64,000 bases of DNA from Macrostomum lignano (GCA_002269645.1 NIVC01002284.1:175910-239909), one strand, 5' to 3'; numbered from the stretch's first letter, positions 1 to 12,725 are shown. Made by a program: numbers and translations. Notes: generated by a model not told the origin, from the sequence alone.

Positions 1-965
1 ATCGTACAACAAACCTGTTCAAATCCAAGCTAGCCCGGCAAAAAAAATGCGTGTCAAAATCGATGGCGGTAATAATTTTATAAGTATTGAATTTGAGTAA
101 CGACTTTTTTGACAAGGATTTTAAACAATTTGTTGCTCGAAAAGGCTATTAACAAAAACAACAAACCAAATTACGCCGGTTCGAAGCCTCAACTTACCAA
201 AAAAAACTTGCCTGACCTGATCAAACTTACTTGAAGTACTTAAAGTAAAAGTCAAAATAAACTGCAATTTAAAAAAACTTTTTTGTAATGAATACAGTTC
301 CTATTTCCTATTTTGTACGAGCGTATTTATATTGCAATAGATCGTTTTTTAGCATTTATATCATTATACGCTCGTATATTCCAACTGACATTGCGAGCAA
401 GTCAGAAAGTTTCTATCCAGTTTCTTGACAAGAAAAATAAAATTAGGAAGAGTTATATCAATATAGCCATTAAAAATGCCTATAATGCAGAAGTAGTCGT
501 TCGCTTACCTTGCCTTTTGGAGGTGGTTAGTTAGCATGGGACGCGCTAAAAAATACATGTAAGAAAATTATTTTGTTTGCAGCTCTGCACACTCGTCTCT
601 TCTAATTAGCTGCGCTCTCGAGGCGCGAACGTGTCGAAGCCCTGTATTGGTAGGCTGGCCTTTGGGCCATAGACAATTTTTTCTAGCACCAATCAAGTTT
701 TGACTGCAAGCCGGGAGAGGAATCGATTTTAATACGACGTAAAGTTGTCTATGGCTTTCGTCGTTCGTTTTTAAAGCACACAGAGCAGGAAAACGAGCTT
801 ATTACCAAGTTAGGCCCGGTCATAGACTAAGGAAATCATTTATTTGATGCGAAAGCAATTTATCTGGCCGGGCTCGAGTACTTTAGAATTTTTGTTCGAA
901 CGAAATAACGTGTAAGAAACGAAGAACTGCACTTCTGTCATTAAGTTCTCGAAAAACAAACATTG

Positions 966-1560
966 TTAATCGAAAGTAATCGTGACCTTATTCGATTCAC
1001 CACAAATCTCGATTCGCATCTTCTTAGGACTAGGACTCTCGGAGTTGACGGCGACAGTTGACTGTCCTCCTTGGTGGGCAACAACATTAGAAGAGGTAAC
1101 AGTAGTAGTTCCAGTGGTAGTACGAGTAATGACGGCAGAGGCCTGGCTCTGGCAGACCATGTGGGTAATGGAATCTCCACCAGCGTTGATGTTTGTCACT
1201 TGGTTCTCGTCTCTTGCGGCAACGATTGCCGATGCCTCCTTATTCTTAGTGACGGTACTTCAGAAGATAATTAAGATCTTGCTTCGTCATCCCAGAGAGA
1301 CCTTTAGGACCATCAACGATGGACCACTACCCGTTGACCAACCAGTCTTCTTCTGCTTATTCCAATGCTTGAATACGCCGACGATCTAATCAGCCTTCTT
1401 TTTAGTATTTTCTGGTGTCGCTTTATTCAGTTGCAAATTCAACTCCAACTCGTTCATATCATCGCATGCCGACTCGAAACCACTACATCACGGTGTTTGT
1501 CGCCTTCGGCCACCATGAACAGTCAAGATTAAAATCCATGTCCGGCAGAGTCAAGTCAAG
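966..1560 (-). mobile_element. Decayed, internally deleted Crypton-like (DUF3504 tyrosine recombinase) relic
   Basis: Manual minus-strand translation gives FESACDDMNELELNLQLNKATPENTKKKAD*IVGVFKHW (about 1475-1360), then after a frameshift KGLSGMTKQDLNYLLKY. From memory this resembles the DUF3504/Crypton N-terminus (KAVPENTKK.T.WAV.VF..W ... L.EM.KEELNYWL). It jumps directly to a low-complexity C-terminal tail (966-1199 ORF). In-frame stop and frameshifts present. Confidence 0.45.
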
Positions 1561-2214
1561 TAAGTCGTCAGGAATACTCATTGTGATTTTTTGGTTGGAT
1601 AAGTCGTTGGTAAGTACGTTGCAGGATTTCATCTTAACTTTCCTCTCGCTTGACACGAACAGAGTAATAAATACATCATTCCCCACTTGTTTTATTCATT
1701 TTGATCGTAAGCGGCTGAGGACGCGTTTATTGGCCGAGGCGAAGCCGAGGGATAACTTAAAATTGGATACAACTACACATCTTACAAAGTAAACCTTTAA
1801 GAATTGAGGAATTAAGAAATTAGTCTTCTTAGACCTAATTTTTAGAGACGGAGTTTTTTATCTCAATGTAAGCGGTGAAAATCAAAACATGGCTTCAGAA
1901 TCTGCATGGTAGCGTGACATAAAAATTGAGGATCTGAGAGGGTGGACCAGCAACTGAGGATTTGGGGGGTGGCGAAATAACAGAGGGTGGCAGTCGCTCA
2001 AGTCAAGCTCTGCTTGTAACAATGGTGAGGGGGGGGCAAAATAATTAAGTGTAAGTCAAGTTAAAGTAAAATATGTAATTTGCCAAATCATAAAGGGGAT
2101 GTAAACTTAAGAGTCAAAATGGAGCCCGAAACATTAGGTCCCGATTTCTCTACGCAAATCTCTTCCTTTGGAGCCAAATAGCTCCCGTTATGCCTAATAC
2201 ATGTATCTACCACT

Positions 2215-2600
2215 TTAGCATTTGGGAATCTCTTTGGGGAGAAATGTGATAAATGGGAATTTCATGCCGGAGGCAAATAGAGGGTTCAGACACCAGCCTT
2301 TATCTGCTGAAGATACATGTAGGTCCCAGGCGTGAGACAACGCCTGGCCTGTTTCATTCATCACTGGCGAGCTGAATACACCTTCGCGAGCTGGCCGGCA
2401 GCTCGGCCTCCAAATAGTTTTCTTTATCTCAGTTTGCACCTGCCCTGGACATTGGATATCAAACTGGATTGAGCGGCATTGCACGGCTTTCTCTGCTGTA
2501 TTTTTGACACTTGAAATGATCGGGTGATCGACAGGCTGCAACTGGCTGCTGTTGGCTGTCTGGACACTAGCAAATATTGCTCGAAAAATCGGGTCCCATC
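2215..2600 (-). mobile_element. Possible pogo/Tigger DDE transposase fragment
   Basis: ANSSQLQPVDHPIISSVKN resembles the PNTS.LQPLD.GII.S.K motif around the third catalytic Asp; the surrounding sequence is degenerate. Confidence 0.25.
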
Positions 2601-2765
2601 TTCTTCATAGGCCGCTACAGTGTATGAATTTTTTGATCAGCCAATGGCAGAGCGGCCCTGCGACTACCCTACATGCTCATGGGGCTAATATATTAAGCTT
2701 GCCTTCTAATTAAAAAGGTTTAGTCTTGCGTCTGCAGCATCTTCCGCAGCAATCTGAGTTCTACA

Positions 2766-3503
2766 ATGAATGCGAAGGCCGGCCTTATTCTTTACAGTCT
2801 CTCTGCCTGTCTCATTGCTGCTCAAGAGATTGAGCAGTGCTTCAGACAACTCACCAATGGCTCCCTCTGCATCCGCAGCGCCTTCACCCGCAACCTGAGC
2901 GGCATCACCTCGGACCTGCCGTGCTCTCTGTATTGCGGCTCCGATCAGCGCTGCCAGGCCTTCACCACCGCGGACGGTCTGTGCCAGCTGTTCGTGTTCG
3001 ACAAGTGCAGCAAGTCGGTGAGGGACTGCAGCTGCTCCAGGAGAGGCCGCCTGTTCGTGAAGCGGCAGCCGGGACTCTCGGCGGGCTCGCTGTGTCCTGT
3101 GGGCTACGGCGACGAGCTGTGCGGAGTGAAGTACCGGGTGCTGAAGAACAACGCAACTTGGGCGGTTCAGAGAGGAAGGTGCGAGTCGGAGCCAGGCCTG
3201 GTGATCATGGCCGATGTCGCTGACGCAGCTGAGCTGAGCCACGTGAATGTCCTGTTTGTCGCTCACTCCCCCACCCATCCAATGTACCTGGGCGGCTACC
3301 GGGTGTTTCCGGGAGCCCAGGTGACAGATGGCTGGTTCTGGGTCGGCTGCAACATCACGATCGGCTCTGTGTGGGGAACTGGTGAACCGAGTGGATTTAG
3401 CGAAATGGCCACCGCTCGATACCCGACCGTATCAGACGTAGTGGACATCACCGATATGGGTCTCTTTGGCGCCCTTTGTGAATGCGTATCGCCTTTCGAC
3501 TGA
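2766..3503 (+). CDS. Secreted PAN/Apple + C-type lectin-like domain protein, single exon, 245 aa
   Basis: Hydrophobic signal peptide; PAN-like C..YC.SDQRCQAF.....LCQL; CTLD hallmarks CPVGY, TW..QRGRC, YLGG, WFW, WGTGEPS, ALCEC; GC-rich codon usage; ATG to TGA intact. Confidence 0.8.
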   Translation: MNAKAGLILYSLSACLIAAQEIEQCFRQLTNGSLCIRSAFTRNLSGITSDLPCSLYCGSDQRCQAFTTADGLCQLFVFDKCSKSVRDCSCSRRGRLFVKRQPGLSAGSLCPVGYGDELCGVKYRVLKNNATWAVQRGRCESEPGLVIMADVADAAELSHVNVLFVAHSPTHPMYLGGYRVFPGAQVTDGWFWVGCNITIGSVWGTGEPSGFSEMATARYPTVSDVVDITDMGLFGALCECVSPFD

Positions 3504-4004
3504 GTCTGTTGTCGCACACCGTCTCTGTTGAAAATGTCAGAAGCCACGTTTTGGAAACGGACCCTAAGAACTGGTTAAACTGAGTTTTAAAGATTGCGAT
3601 TGCCGAAACGTATTTTGCCTTTGACGCACTGCCACCCGTTCCTCACAGGTTTCGCTGTGTTCTGAGCATGCCCGCCTCACAACTGTCACTTTCAGTTGAT
3701 CTCCTTGGCTGCCACATGGCTCCCACCGAGCCTGAAACGAATTTGCCTCTGGCTTTTCAAACAGAATCGCAGCTTCTCTTTTCTAAGAAATCAAAAATTG
3801 CCAAATTCTCTTGCAGATTTTCCTCCACTTCAATGAAGTTAGAATGCGACTTGACGCTTGTATTCTTAGCTATTTTTTATGGATGCAGTCAGAAGTACAG
3901 TACTTGTTGTAATTAATTTTTTATCTGCTCTTGTGACTACAAACCGGTTGGATCTGAGATTTCATTTCACCTCCCACTTCGAGCAGATAACCTTGGCTGT
4001 TTCC

Positions 4005-4760
4005 CTTGAATCGTGTACCTGACGCTGTGTTCCTTGAATTTAATTCTTGTACCTGTAGCCGTGCTCCTTGAATTTATATCTTGTACCTGTAGCCGTGTAA
4101 CTTGAATTTATATCTTGTACCTGTAGCCGTGTAACTTGAATTTATATCTTGTACCTGTAGCCGTGTTCCTTGAATTTATATCTTGTACCTGTAGCCGTGT
4201 AACTTGAATTTATATCTTGTACCTGTAGCCGTGTTCCTTGAATTTATATCTTGTACCTGTAGCCGTGCTCCTTGAATTTATATCTTGTACCTGTAGCCGT
4301 GTTCCTTGAATTTATATCTTGTACCTGTAGCCGTGATCCTTGAACTTATATCTTGTACCTGCAGCCGTGTTCCTTGAATATATATCTTGTACCTGTAGCC
4401 GTGCTCCTTGAATTTATATCTTGTACCTGTAGCCGTGCTCCTTGAATTTATATCTTGTACCTGCAGCCGTGTTCCTTGAATATATATCTTGTACCTGTAG
4501 CCGTGCTCCTTGAATATATATCTTGTACCTGTAGCCGTGTTCCTTGAATTTATATCTTGTACCTGTAGCCGTGTTCCTTGAACTTATATCTTGTACCTGT
4601 AGCCGTGTTCCTTGAACTTATATCTTGTACCTGTAGCCGTGTTCCTTGAATTTATATCTTGTACCTGTAGCCGTGTTCCTTGAACTTATATCTTGTACCT
4701 GTAGCCGTGTTCCTTGAACTTATATCTTGTACCTGCAGCCGTGATCCTTGAACTTATATC
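4005..4760. repeat. 34-bp minisatellite, about 21 copies
   Basis: Unit ttgaatttatatcttgtacctgtagccgtgttcc read directly. Confidence 0.95.
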
Positions 4761-6350
4761 ATCTAAACCAAATATATTTTTGACTAGATAAATTGATTTT
4801 ATCAAATGGACTCCACGCAGTTTAGCTCGTGTTTCTGGCAAACAGAAATCGATCATTTTTCTGAAGCCCTGCGTTTTCTCCTGGGTCAGCATAAAGCACA
4901 AAAATACAGCCCAAATATGAGGAAACATCGCTGCATATTTGCATATTGACAGCAGCTGACTGTTACACCTCACCCAAATCACCTCCGGTTGCAGGTGCAC
5001 CTGAATCGAATTTTTTATTGTGCTGATAATTACACATTAAACTTAGTCAGGATCATTTGTTTACGAGCGTGAGATAAGCAAAAAGTTGGATTAAAAATAT
5101 TTTTTCTCCATTCTTCCAATCTCCAAATGGATTGACTTCATCTAGCTCTCCCAGCCTCATAATGCAGCCTCACTTTGGTATGGCTAGCTATTTTTGTCGT
5201 TTTATTTCGCAGGAATTATCTTGTAGCTGTGCGGAGGTTGAAAAACAACTCAATATTTGATGGAGCAATTTTTGTATGGGCTCCACATCAGCCTCTTTAA
5301 TAATTCATGCCAATATCTACCATCCGTAGCAGGATGAAGTTTCTATATCCGCTTCCAGAGACAACTGCTGTGGGATTTGGGGAGCCTGCAGCGTTCCGCT
5401 GAGGCGCTTAAGCTTGACGATGGGCCATGCAGATTCCCCCTCCTGCCCATTTAATCCCAGTTTGATCCCAGTTGATTGATTCTTTTTATGCAGGCAGATA
5501 TTTATCGACGCATAGCTGAGACTCACATATAGATGCTGGCTTAAAACAGTTGCCATGCGCGGCCAGTGCATCGAAATTGTTGACAACGTAAATTTGTAGC
5601 TGGGGACAGCTTGGCCAGCACCGGCTAACAAGAGCGACTTTTTTCCGGCTTCTCTTCAGTCGTAAATCCAGCAACAATTTTTCCAATCAGCAGTTCACTT
5701 CAATTAGTATGCTCAACTATGAGAATTGCGTGTATGAATCAGAAGCAGATCTTGGGGCCCAGTGACCACACGTTAAGGTCCTTGCGAGTCCCTGTGAGTG
5801 AGAACTCGTCAAAGTCCTCTTGCAACATCTGGAGACACTGGAAAGCATTTTATCGGGATGAAATCATGGCCAGGGCCACCATAGCGCCGCGTAAATGCAT
5901 TTAAACGATCTGAATGTGTTCTTTTATTTTACGGTAGATCGACAATAGCAATTTCATGTTAAGTGCTTCCATTCTAAGTAGAAAAAAAATAAGGCCTTGA
6001 GTTACTTCATCCACTGACTCCCCAGCAACAGATTAGTCTACTTTTTTTGCAGATACGCTTGTCAGAAATATTGTTCATTGGCAAGCTGGCACAAGTGGGT
6101 GCTGGTATTTTACCCGGCCCAGCCACTGCGGCCAAACGACCAAACGGCCCCCATGCCTAGTCGACATAATATGAGAGGCTTGTTTCTTATTTTAACATCA
6201 AATCTAAATATTTTAATGAAAAACAAATGCATGAATTACTATTGCCTCCGTATTTATTATCTGGATTTTACCCTCCGCTTTTATATCGATTCACTATTTG
6301 TTATTTTCTAATTTTTTTAATTGTGATTTAATCTTAACGCTTTTACTTGA

Positions 6351-7900
6351 CTTAGCTGCAGGGGGCTCCGTGCATCGAAGAGGCGTTGCCGCCCATTTTG
6401 CTAACCCCTGGCGACCTTTCTTTTAGTGCTGCGGTGTCGCGCAGGGAAGATCCGGTGGTGCTGGTGTCCGCAGCGCGGTCCTCCTTCGGAGAGTCCAGGT
6501 GGATGGTCGCTCGAACGGTAGCCCTTGGGTAGCGGACGAGCTAGCAGAGATTCTCGGGCCTGAAAACGTCGACATTCTCGACATTTTCTCGACAACGGGC
6601 ATTCCTCACTACGGATTTTTCCCTCAAGGTGGCGATGCCTAGCTGGCAAAACAGCCATGACCTAAGAGGGCCAAAGTCACCGCCCTGATGGCCTTGCGGT
6701 TGAGTCCAACCAGGGCCCTGCGCAGGGCGGAGGAAAGACAGGGGACAGCAGCACAGGATTGCCGGCAGTCGGGTGCGTTAGCCCATGCACCTCTCCCTGT
6801 GCTTTGAAGCCACCCACTGGTTGATCCGAGTGGTGACGCGGCCGATCGAGCCAAAAGAAGCAAAGCCAAAAAGAACGTCGAACCAGTCTTGACCAGGCGA
6901 TCGGCCAACTCGTTACCGGGGTGGCCCGAGTGTCCGGGAATCCACAAAGTAGGAACACCCTGTTAAAGGCACTAAAGCGATTGAGCTGCCGAATGCAGTC
7001 GAAAACTGTACGTGAGCAGGTGGTGGTGCGCTCAAGGGCGTGGATCGCCGCTCGACTGTCCGAGTGGAGAGTAATCTCCTTCCCCCAGAGGCGAAGGACC
7101 AATCCACAGAGCGACAGTGTCCCAGGAGGTACGAGGTGGCAGTCCGATGGGAGACCATGTACATGATCAAGCGAGTATGGTGCATGCTCGTGCGTGCCCT
7201 GGGATTCCAGGGCACGCCTAAAGGCTTTAAAGAGCACATTATATTGAAATTGTACCATCAATGTCGAGGAAAAGCGAGAGCGCCTATCCACCGATAGCAC
7301 GGCGCGTTTGTCGACAATGGCGTCCAGGACGAAAGGCGTGTTGGTTGGGGGGAGAGCGCGCGGGGAGTCCCTCAGCTCCACGAGGAGGAGACGCCAGAGC
7401 ACCATGCAGCTTGAGTCAGTTTGAGGAAGAAGACGTTAGACTGATGGGGCGGTAAGCTTTGGCAGTGATAGTCTCCCTTCACTGGTTTGAATACGAAGAC
7501 TACGGTGGCCTCTTTCCAGGCTTTAGCACGTACCCCAGGGCAGTTAATGCTGCCCTTGAAGAGGTTGCGAGGAGGCCGAAAAACCTACATGTACATGTAG
7601 CTGTCATTTCTAACTGCCTCAAGGAGGAAGGCAGGATAAATGTTGTCAGGTCCGGTTACATGAAGGGAGAAAAAAATTTAGCGGCGCGAGCCGTCCTCTC
7701 TCTGGTAACGATGGTCGAAGAGCTCGAAGCCAGCTAGGATCTGTCTACCGAGAGAGTCGTCCGGTGGGTCTAGCTGCGGTGCGGCACGTGGGAAAGAGCT
7801 GTTGAGCATGATGTCCAGCGATTCCCCGGGGTTCTCTGCGAGCCCCCGTTGGCCGCTGGCTATATGTACATGGCCATACATCTGTGTAGCTAAATTAGGA
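6351..7900 (-). mobile_element. Decayed, 5'-truncated and internally deleted non-LTR retrotransposon (LOA/R1/I-group-like) with RT, RNase H and a C-terminal Cys/His motif
   Basis: Across frameshifts: TGPDNIYPAFL...KAWKEATVVFVFKP..GDY...PISLTS, LPPNQHAFRPGR, ALSLFLDIDG (RT domains 1-3); ITLHSDSRAAIHAL and [21 protein letters not shown] (RNase H); [14 protein letters not shown]...ECPL (zinc knuckle). The YADD region is absent. Confidence 0.85.
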
Positions 7901-9317
7901 TCAACGAAAGCTTTTAAAATAAATGAAAGTTAAAGTGAAAGTATTATGCAACTTGCAACTAAGTTAAGAAGTTGGCCTACAAGCAACTTACGATCTCGGC
8001 GTTATTTTTTAATTTAATTTTACTTTTACTTGTTTAGTTTTCTTTCTGGCGTACGCCTGCCATGATTCGGACTGTCACCGAATTAACTGTCACCGAACTG
8101 ACCGAATTCAGTATCTGTAATTTCGGCGAAAAACCCGGCAAAAAGGCAACATAATCACCAATCAGGCAATCAATCACTTATTTGATCTTTTTGCAACTAA
8201 ACGGAACTAAAAAACATGTTAACCTACAGCCTCGAGAAAGAAATATGCATAAAAAGCTCAAAATTTAGAGGCAAAATGCTTTTGTAAAATGTATACCTTT
8301 GTTATACTTTTAAAATAATTTTAAATGCTAACGTGACCCATGTGGGCGAGCCGAAGGCCCCGTAGTTAATTGAACATAAATCCCAGATTATAGAATGATA
8401 CAATATGTGTATGCCCGCTCGATTCGATAAATAATAAAGATAATTGATAAAGTTTTATTGACCATGCATAATAGAACTACCTGTACTAGGGGTACACCAA
8501 AATGTAATTTTACTCTTTACTTTAGCATTGTGATTTGCCTAGGCTAGACATAGTGTAATATGTAATGCAATTATTGTAAAGTGATGTGAATTTTGAATTG
8601 GTAATAAAAAATAATTAATTTTAAGTTAGGCCTAATTTAAATTTTATTGGCAATAATACATTCCATAACTCATAGGCCTAACTCATGACGATTAAATAAG
8701 GAGTATGTCCTAATAAATAATAATATCACTTTTACTTCTAGTCTTGAATCAAATTTTACCTCTTTTAGGAGTAGGAGGCCCTAGCCTTGGCTGAGAGCAA
8801 TCACGTAACTAGGCCCTAGGCTACTATTCTGTCCAGTAGCAACTTATGTATGTGTACTATGTTGCCAATACTTAGGGAGTTAGGGTAAATCCCTAGGGGC
8901 CTAGGTTGTACCCAAACATGAAAGTACATTGGCAATCCTTAGCCAACCTAGTGGTGAATCTATTTAGTGTAAATTATGATAGACCAATGGTGTATTGCAA
9001 CTTATAGGTGTCACTTATGATATTTTATTTTTTATATTATTTTGTAATAAATTAAAGACTTTACTTTTTAGATAAGTAGGGCCTATTAAAACAAAATTAT
9101 TTTTTAGCCAAAACTAGTTGTAATGCCAATGTAATTTCAGAGGTTGAACATATATGCTAACATGCCAGTATATGTTAAGGCCCCTAGTTTAAAAAGACAA
9201 AGTAGCTTAGGTGGTAAATACATTTATTTTATAATATTTGTTTTCTACTTACTAGTTTAATTTTGTAGCAAGCACTAATAGAATATTAGTTTGGTATTGT
9301 TAACTATTATTGGTATT

Positions 9318-9712
9318 TAGAGGTTGGACGGGATCCCGATCCTGAAATCTCAGGATCCCGAAGAAAATTGAATTCCCGCGGGACCAAAATCCCAACCCTA
9401 AAAAACTCAAGATTCGGGAACAGGTCTTTTGATTAAAAATTTATAGAATTAGTGATTATTTGAAGATATTTTGCTTTAACTTGTACTCGTTACATTATTT
9501 ATTTTGTTGGTTACAAAATTTCATATCAATTTCATTGTGTTTTAGGGGCCTACTTCTTGATCTTGACAATCTTTTCTCAATTTTGTTTAACTTTACATGG
9601 ACAATACACTAAAAGACCTGATCCCAATTCTCAAATCCCAATCCCAATCCCAATCCCAAAAAAAAATTTTTTCCCAATCCCACCCAAAGATTTCAATCTC
9701 GTTCGCCCTCTA
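9318..9712. mobile_element. 395-bp hAT-type MITE
   Basis: 8-bp direct repeat ttggtatt at 9310-9317 and 9713-9720; imperfect TIRs TAGAGGTTGGACGGGAT / TAGAGGGCGAACGAGAT; subterminal gggatcccg and (cccaat)n repeats; no ORF. Confidence 0.75.
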
Positions 9713-11265
9713 TTGGTATTTATTTAATACTAAGGCTTTAGTAAAATTGGCCAAGAGTTATTTGTAATTAAAATTTATAGGGTCCTGAATTATAGAAAAA
9801 CTGTTTATGCATTATGGACATTTAAGAAAAATTACAAGTTTTTTATAATTGATAGTCCTATGTTTTAGTTTTAAGACTAGAATCTTGGAAACTCAAAATC
9901 AACAAATTTAACATTAGATAATTTTTACAATGACACATTTTGGTCTGCTTATACCATTTTTAAGCAGTTTATTGACTGAGTTACAAAAATGAAAATGATA
10001 CAATAATATAAATTAAACAATTAGGTAGGTTCTAGGTAAAAAAATTGAATAAAAATAAGAGTATAGGCCTATTATATTACAAAAATTAGAGTATGGTTTT
10101 ATCATATAAACATAATAACAGGAAAGAAAATGTGAAAGATTATCATATATATTCAGTTTGTTTGCAAGAGACAAGGTACAAAATTGCACCCCAATTTCAA
10201 TATTCAATTTTAAGGCTCAAAGTGCAATTTCTCTTATTAAATTAGGCTTAAGCCTAAAAAATAGGTTATGAGACTAAGACTGCACCTAAACTACACTCAC
10301 AAGATACCAAGCATAAAATCATGGTTTTAATAGGAATGCAGACCAAAATAATGCATTGCTATAGAAAATTAATATTAATTTTGAGCTTCTTGTTCCCTTT
10401 AATACTTAAGCAAATTTAAGTCTTAGATTTTTATAATATACTTTTAAAAAGACTAAGTTTTGAATTTGTTCTCAAAAATGTCAAAACTAGATTTTGTGAC
10501 CTCTCTTAGTCTGCCACAATTTCGATATACTAAAAATGAAAATCTTGCTTGTATGCAGTTGATTATCTCCTGAATGGCTGAACCAATTTTCATGAGACTT
10601 ATGCAATCTAAATTGGCTGGGTTGGCTAGTAGTTTTATAATTTAACCATAAATTATATGGTTAAAGCCGCAAATATACATAAGGTAAAATTGCTTCTCTT
10701 AAGGTCTTGATTTTTCCTATATACAAAAATAGTTTGTCAGTATCTATCTAGAAAGTATCTATATGATTGATTTAAGAAAAATATGGCTCAATCAATTTTT
10801 TTAAACTTGCACCATTAAAACCAGTTTTTCTGTCAATACATGTGCATTGGCTAAAAAATTGTTCATTCTCCCCCAGTAAAAACTAATGTAATTTTGAGTA
10901 AATGGCAGGAATAACTATAATTGTATTCTTTGGCTAAGTGCCTTGTTAGCTATATCAGTACCCTGTGGTACAATTACCACTATTTTTTCAGGTGGGCATT
11001 TTTGCAACTTTCTGTATGTATTAGAAATGGATCTAACCCCAATCCACTATTTTTAAAATCCCTGGATCCCAACAAAAATTAGAATCTTAATTCCTGAAAT
11101 GTCCAGCCAGCTAAGGCAAAGTGTAGCCAGAATAGCCTTCTTAGGTTTTTTATTTAGTTTTCAGTGAATTGAGATTTTTATTGCAAAATGTGTAGAGCAC
11201 TACTGCAAGTAGCTGGATGTGCAAATTATCCCGCAGCAATCGAGAGGCATGCCACTCGCTACCAA

Positions 11266-11577
11266 ATGACCGATGAGCCATTCGAGCGGCAGGCCGCCGA
11301 GTCCCGGCCTCGGCCTCGAAATCTCAGCGTAGCCTCTGCCTCGTCATCTGCGTCCTCGGCAGCCACCAGCGGCCAGGAGGCCCTCCGGCGGTGCCTGCAG
11401 CGCGCCGGCCTGTCCGACTGCGCCGGTCTGTTTCCGGCCGAGTTCTCGCTGTCGCAGTTCCGCCAGCTCACCGCCGACCGGCTGCGCATCGAGCTGGGCG
11501 TGACCGACCAGCGGCTCCGGTCTCGAATTCTCTGCGCCGTGCGCCGGGCCCGCTGCGCCGATGAGTCCGACAGAGAG
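11266..11577 (+). CDS. SAM-domain coding exon (candidate distal first exon of the MAST locus, or of a separate gene)
   Basis: EALRRCLQRAGLSDCAGLF...LTADRLRIELGVTDQRLRSRILCAVRRAR matches the SAM consensus; ATG at 11266; phase-0 donor GAG|gtgcgc at 11577; GC island next to AT-rich DNA. Confidence 0.7.
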
Positions 11578-12519
11578 GTGCGCTGGGCTGGGTTGGGCCG
11601 CTGTGCCCGCCGTGGCACGCGGTTTTGCTTATGGGATTGCTGCTTTGTCTCCGCATCTGCTTTGTCTGTCTGTCTCAGTGTCTGTCTGTCAGTCCGTCTG
11701 TCTATCTGTTTGTCTGTCTGTCTAATGACTTCCTTGTCTGTCTGTTTGCCTGTTAATTTGAGGCCAATTCAAATGTGATCACACATTCACACGGCTTGTA
11801 TTCACATATTTGCTAAAGTATTATGTGCCAAAAAATCAAAGCCTGTTATCCTACTCAATAAGTAGTACCGCGCGCATATATATTTGCACAGGCATATCGC
11901 ATTGAAACCCATGCTCCAGCGCCCAGTCAGTTTTGTGTTTTGCACTTCAATTCACTTGTGCGCCATCGCTGCAAATTCCAGCCACTTCAATTTGCAGAAG
12001 CTGCCAAATCCTTCCGTTGTCACGTGACTGTTTTGATTCTATTTTTAGCTCAGCTTCTAACTAAAGGAGAATGGAGAGCCTCCGCCGATCTGCCGCTTAT
12101 CGATTTGAGCCTTGGTGGCCTATTGTTAAAATAGCATGAATTGGCAAGCACAGGCTAGAGAAGGATGTGCTTTCTCCCACGTCCTGTAGCTCAGCTCCCG
12201 TGTGCGGCCGTGCCATCGCTTTTTGTAGCTTTGCACTTTAAACGGCTGGGTGAGAGGCTGCAGTTCCGGATTTCTCTCTGCTTCACTCTTCATCATATTG
12301 ACCGTCTTCACCTGGCTCTTGAGCTTTGATGCTTTTTAACTAGGTGTACTTTGTTCGAGCTCTGCAGATTTGTCCGCCCCAAGCTGACTGCGTGCCATTT
12401 CAGGAACCGAATGTACTTTTTTGAAACTGTGTCATTTATTGTAGCCAAGTGTGTCATTTCTAGAAACTGTGTTGAATTTATAGGAATTTGTTGCTGCATT
12501 TCTAACGGGTGTGTGAGGT

Positions 12520-12725
12520 TTCTAGGAACTGCCGGACTGACTGGGCCATTTTCAGTGCTGGGTTTGTCATTTCTAAGTACTGACTGCCGTTTCTAGGAAA
12601 CTGACTGTCGTTTTTAGGAAACTCACTGCCATTTCTAGGAAACTCACTGCCATTTCTAGGAAACTCACTGCCATTTCTAGGAAACTCACTGCCATTTCTA
12701 GGAAATGACTACCAAATCTAGGGAC
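12520..12725. repeat. 21-bp minisatellite with degenerate left flank
   Basis: Unit ttctaggaaactcactgccat. Confidence 0.85.

Noticed and set aside
4005-4760. Regular 34-, 29- and 46-bp direct repeats as possible CRISPR arrays
   Set aside because: Head-to-tail tandem units with no unique spacers, no cas genes, and a eukaryotic context.
5317-5904. Short ORFs that might be transposon debris; similarly 13836-14500
   Set aside because: No recognisable motif in the frames translated.
10555-10610. tatctcctgaatggctgaaccaattttcatga, resembling a Helentron/HINE-associated motif
   Set aside because: Short match from memory with no identifiable termini.
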